Source of the DNA: Candidatus Nanosyncoccus sp.
GTDB lineage: Bacteria; Patescibacteriota; Saccharimonadia; Saccharimonadales; Saccharimonadaceae
NCBI GenBank assembly: GCA_045641865.1
Contig: JAZUHW010000002.1
Coordinates: 10,872-74,871 of the forward strand
DNA: 64,000 nt
Direction of reading: 5' to 3'
Position 1 is the first letter of the stretch. Each line of letters begins with the position of its first letter. The notes under the pieces are model-generated. The model worked only from the letters and a program-made list of their open reading frames with translations, was not told where the DNA came from and searched no databases. This document shows, piece by piece, positions 62,732 to 64,000 of the stretch. A program made the position numbers and the translations under genes.

Positions 62732-63838
62732 CTATTTCTTGGCTTTGCGAGTAGTGATCAGCGCCAAAATCAAGCCGATTCCGAAGAGCACAGCTAGCAC
62801 GCCGACAATCCAACCAACCACTGGGATCAAAGCAACCAAACCAAGCAAGATAATCCCGATTACGAGTTCGAGATATACATTTGGTTTTGCTTTGAACGCC
62901 TTAGTCAAAATCAAATGACCAAGATAAGCACCAGTTGCTGCCGTCGCCAAGTAGATACACAAGACATAGAAGCCTAATGCGATCAAGGCAAGTGGCATAC
63001 CCACGATGGTGAGTAAGAGCAAAATTGCCAAAATTGGTACTACAATCAAAGCACAGAGACCAAAGACAATATTCTTGATCATTGTGCTGGCTTTCATCTC
63101 TTTAAAGAAGCCCGCGAGCTTACGATGAATGCCTGGGAAAATCGCATGAATCACAATTGCCGTGATCAAGAGACTAATAGTGCTAATGATCATGGTCAGA
63201 GCGTATTCGCCATAACCTACTGGCTGCACCCCCATCGACATTGCGGCGGCTTCATAGGCGTCAGTTTGGCCTTCAACCTTACCATCGACACGAGCATCTT
63301 TATTGTAATTAACCTTACCTTTAACGGTCACTGTACCGTCATAAGTAATAACTTGAGCGTAAACATTGAGGTCGCCCTCAACTTTAACATTACTTAGCTT
63401 GACGGTACTAGCCGCGATAAAGGCATTACCTTTGATGTCGGTATTGACGTTTACAACGCCACCAGCCGCATAAAGGTCACGGCCAATTTTGGCGTCTTTA
63501 TTAATATTAACAACGCCACCACCGACGAAAAGGTCCTTAGTAATGGTATTTGTGACATCCACAGTAGAGCCACCTAACACGCCATACTCATTAGAGCCTT
63601 TAACGGTGACATTGTTACCGAGAGCGAACAAAATGCCATCAACCTTGTCCGAAGATGTGACATTGTTGCCAACCAAAGTCAAGCTATGGTTGACCTCGGT
63701 CTCAGATGAATTAACCGAGCCCTCGTCAACTTTGATATAATTTTCCGAATTGACTGCCTGTGCACCAGATACGCTCAGTGCTGCCACGCCAATACTAGCA
63801 ATGGCTACAGCCAACACGGCTTTGAGTTTTTGCTTCAT
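62732..63838 (-). CDS. secreted beta-helical (bactofilin/polymer-forming-like repeats) protein with a C-terminal multi-TM anchor
   Basis: 368-aa ORF with a signal peptide, repeated GG(V/S)VN(I/V)N...DL segments, and 4-5 TM segments at the C-terminus. Confidence 0.5.
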   Translation of the reverse strand: MKQKLKAVLAVAIASIGVAALSVSGAQAVNSENYIKVDEGSVNSSETEVNHSLTLVGNNVTSSDKVDGILFALGNNVTVKGSNEYGVLGGSTVDVTNTITKDLFVGGGVVNINKDAKIGRDLYAAGGVVNVNTDIKGNAFIAASTVKLSNVKVEGDLNVYAQVITYDGTVTVKGKVNYNKDARVDGKVEGQTDAYEAAAMSMGVQPVGYGEYALTMIISTISLLITAIVIHAIFPGIHRKLAGFFKEMKASTMIKNIVFGLCALIVVPILAILLLLTIVGMPLALIALGFYVLCIYLATAATGAYLGHLILTKAFKAKPNVYLELVIGIILLGLVALIPVVGWIVGVLAVLFGIGLILALITTRKAKK

Positions 63839-63893
63839 TACATTCCTCCATTTATATTACTTCTAGTATAAATGAGGAACGCGCTTATGTCAA

Positions 63894-64000
63894 TTATTTA
63901 GAACTACGGGAATCAATAATCTCTTGAGCCACATTAGGTGGAACTTCTTCGTAGTCAAAGAGTTCCATGGTAGAATTGGCGCGACCTTGCGACATCGAGC
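63894..64000 (-). CDS. 3' end of an unidentified gene (C-terminus ...MELFDYEEVPPNVAQEIIDSRSSK)
   Basis: Open minus-strand frame running into the window end, with a TAA stop at 63894-96. No family assigned. Confidence 0.5.
   Translation of the reverse strand, partial: SMSQGRANSTMELFDYEEVPPNVAQEIIDSRSSK

Noticed and set aside
1-64000. Whole genome using code 4 (TGA = Trp everywhere)
   Set aside because: About 66 core CDS never use TGA internally. Eight end on TGA, five in ATGA coupling overlaps. Read-through of femAB copy 2 would add about 46 out-of-frame residues.
1-64000. CRISPR arrays, rRNA genes, transposases, integrases, prophage structural genes or obvious defence systems
   Set aside because: I found no spaced direct repeats, no rRNA-like sequence and no recombinase-like ORF in any frame I inspected. 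The cassettes are not flanked by recognisable att or IS ends.

Overview
Gene-dense window with about 75 protein genes and 7 tRNAs, almost all transcribed on the minus strand. I found no rRNA, CRISPR array, transposase or integrase.

Core content is housekeeping:
- Ribosomal and translation genes: secE-nusG-rplK/rplA-rplJ-rplL, rplF-rplR-rpsE-rplO-secY, infA-rpmJ-rpsM-rpsK-rpsD-rpoA-rplQ-rplM-rpsI, tuf, rpsJ, rpmG.
- Replication and repair: dnaB, dnaX, holB, recR, ybaB, rmuC, ung.
- tRNA synthetases and modification: cysS, metG, trpS, tgt.
- Nucleotide metabolism: nrdDG, tmk.
- A two-component system with a MacB-type ABC exporter, and a P-type ATPase.
- A cell-wall cluster: Mur ligase, alpha/beta hydrolase, DegT-like enzyme, two FemAB genes.
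- Two sortases and large secreted or membrane proteins.

Several traits fit a small-genome Patescibacteria/Saccharibacteria-like organism; this is inference only. The traits are: no rpmD between rpsE and rplO, FemAB and sortase wall genes, class III RNR, Lys/Ala-rich tails on ribosomal proteins, and many leaderless genes.

Main result: the six stretches where the standard-code ORF track shows only fragments are not empty. Codon-by-codon re-reading finds nine genes there. Each is preceded by a Shine-Dalgarno (SD) ribosome-binding site, and most also have a recognisable promoter and/or terminator. They are a cdsA-like gene, two DUF285/LRR proteins, a sigma-70-family factor, an HNH-like protein, a 45-aa membrane peptide, a carrier protein, an XRE regulator and a 143-aa protein.

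Their frames are open except for 21 in-frame TGA codons, with no in-frame TAA/TAG and no frameshift. Where homology or internal repeats allow a call, TGA falls on Trp or aromatic positions. The other ~66 CDS (about 18,500 codons by my tally of ORF lengths) contain no internal TGA. Eight of them end on TGA, five in ATGA stop/start overlaps. So TGA seems to have two meanings in one chromosome, split by gene class.

Secondary observations:
- The ribosomal super-operon is fragmented and these cassettes sit at its breakpoints.
- A recurrent extended -10 box lies 6 nt from the ATG of nine genes (leaderless architecture).
- A perfect 20-bp palindrome forms divergent -10 boxes.
- NrdR-type boxes lie in the nrdD promoter.
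- A 120-bp GC-rich palindromic insert sits in frame within cysS.
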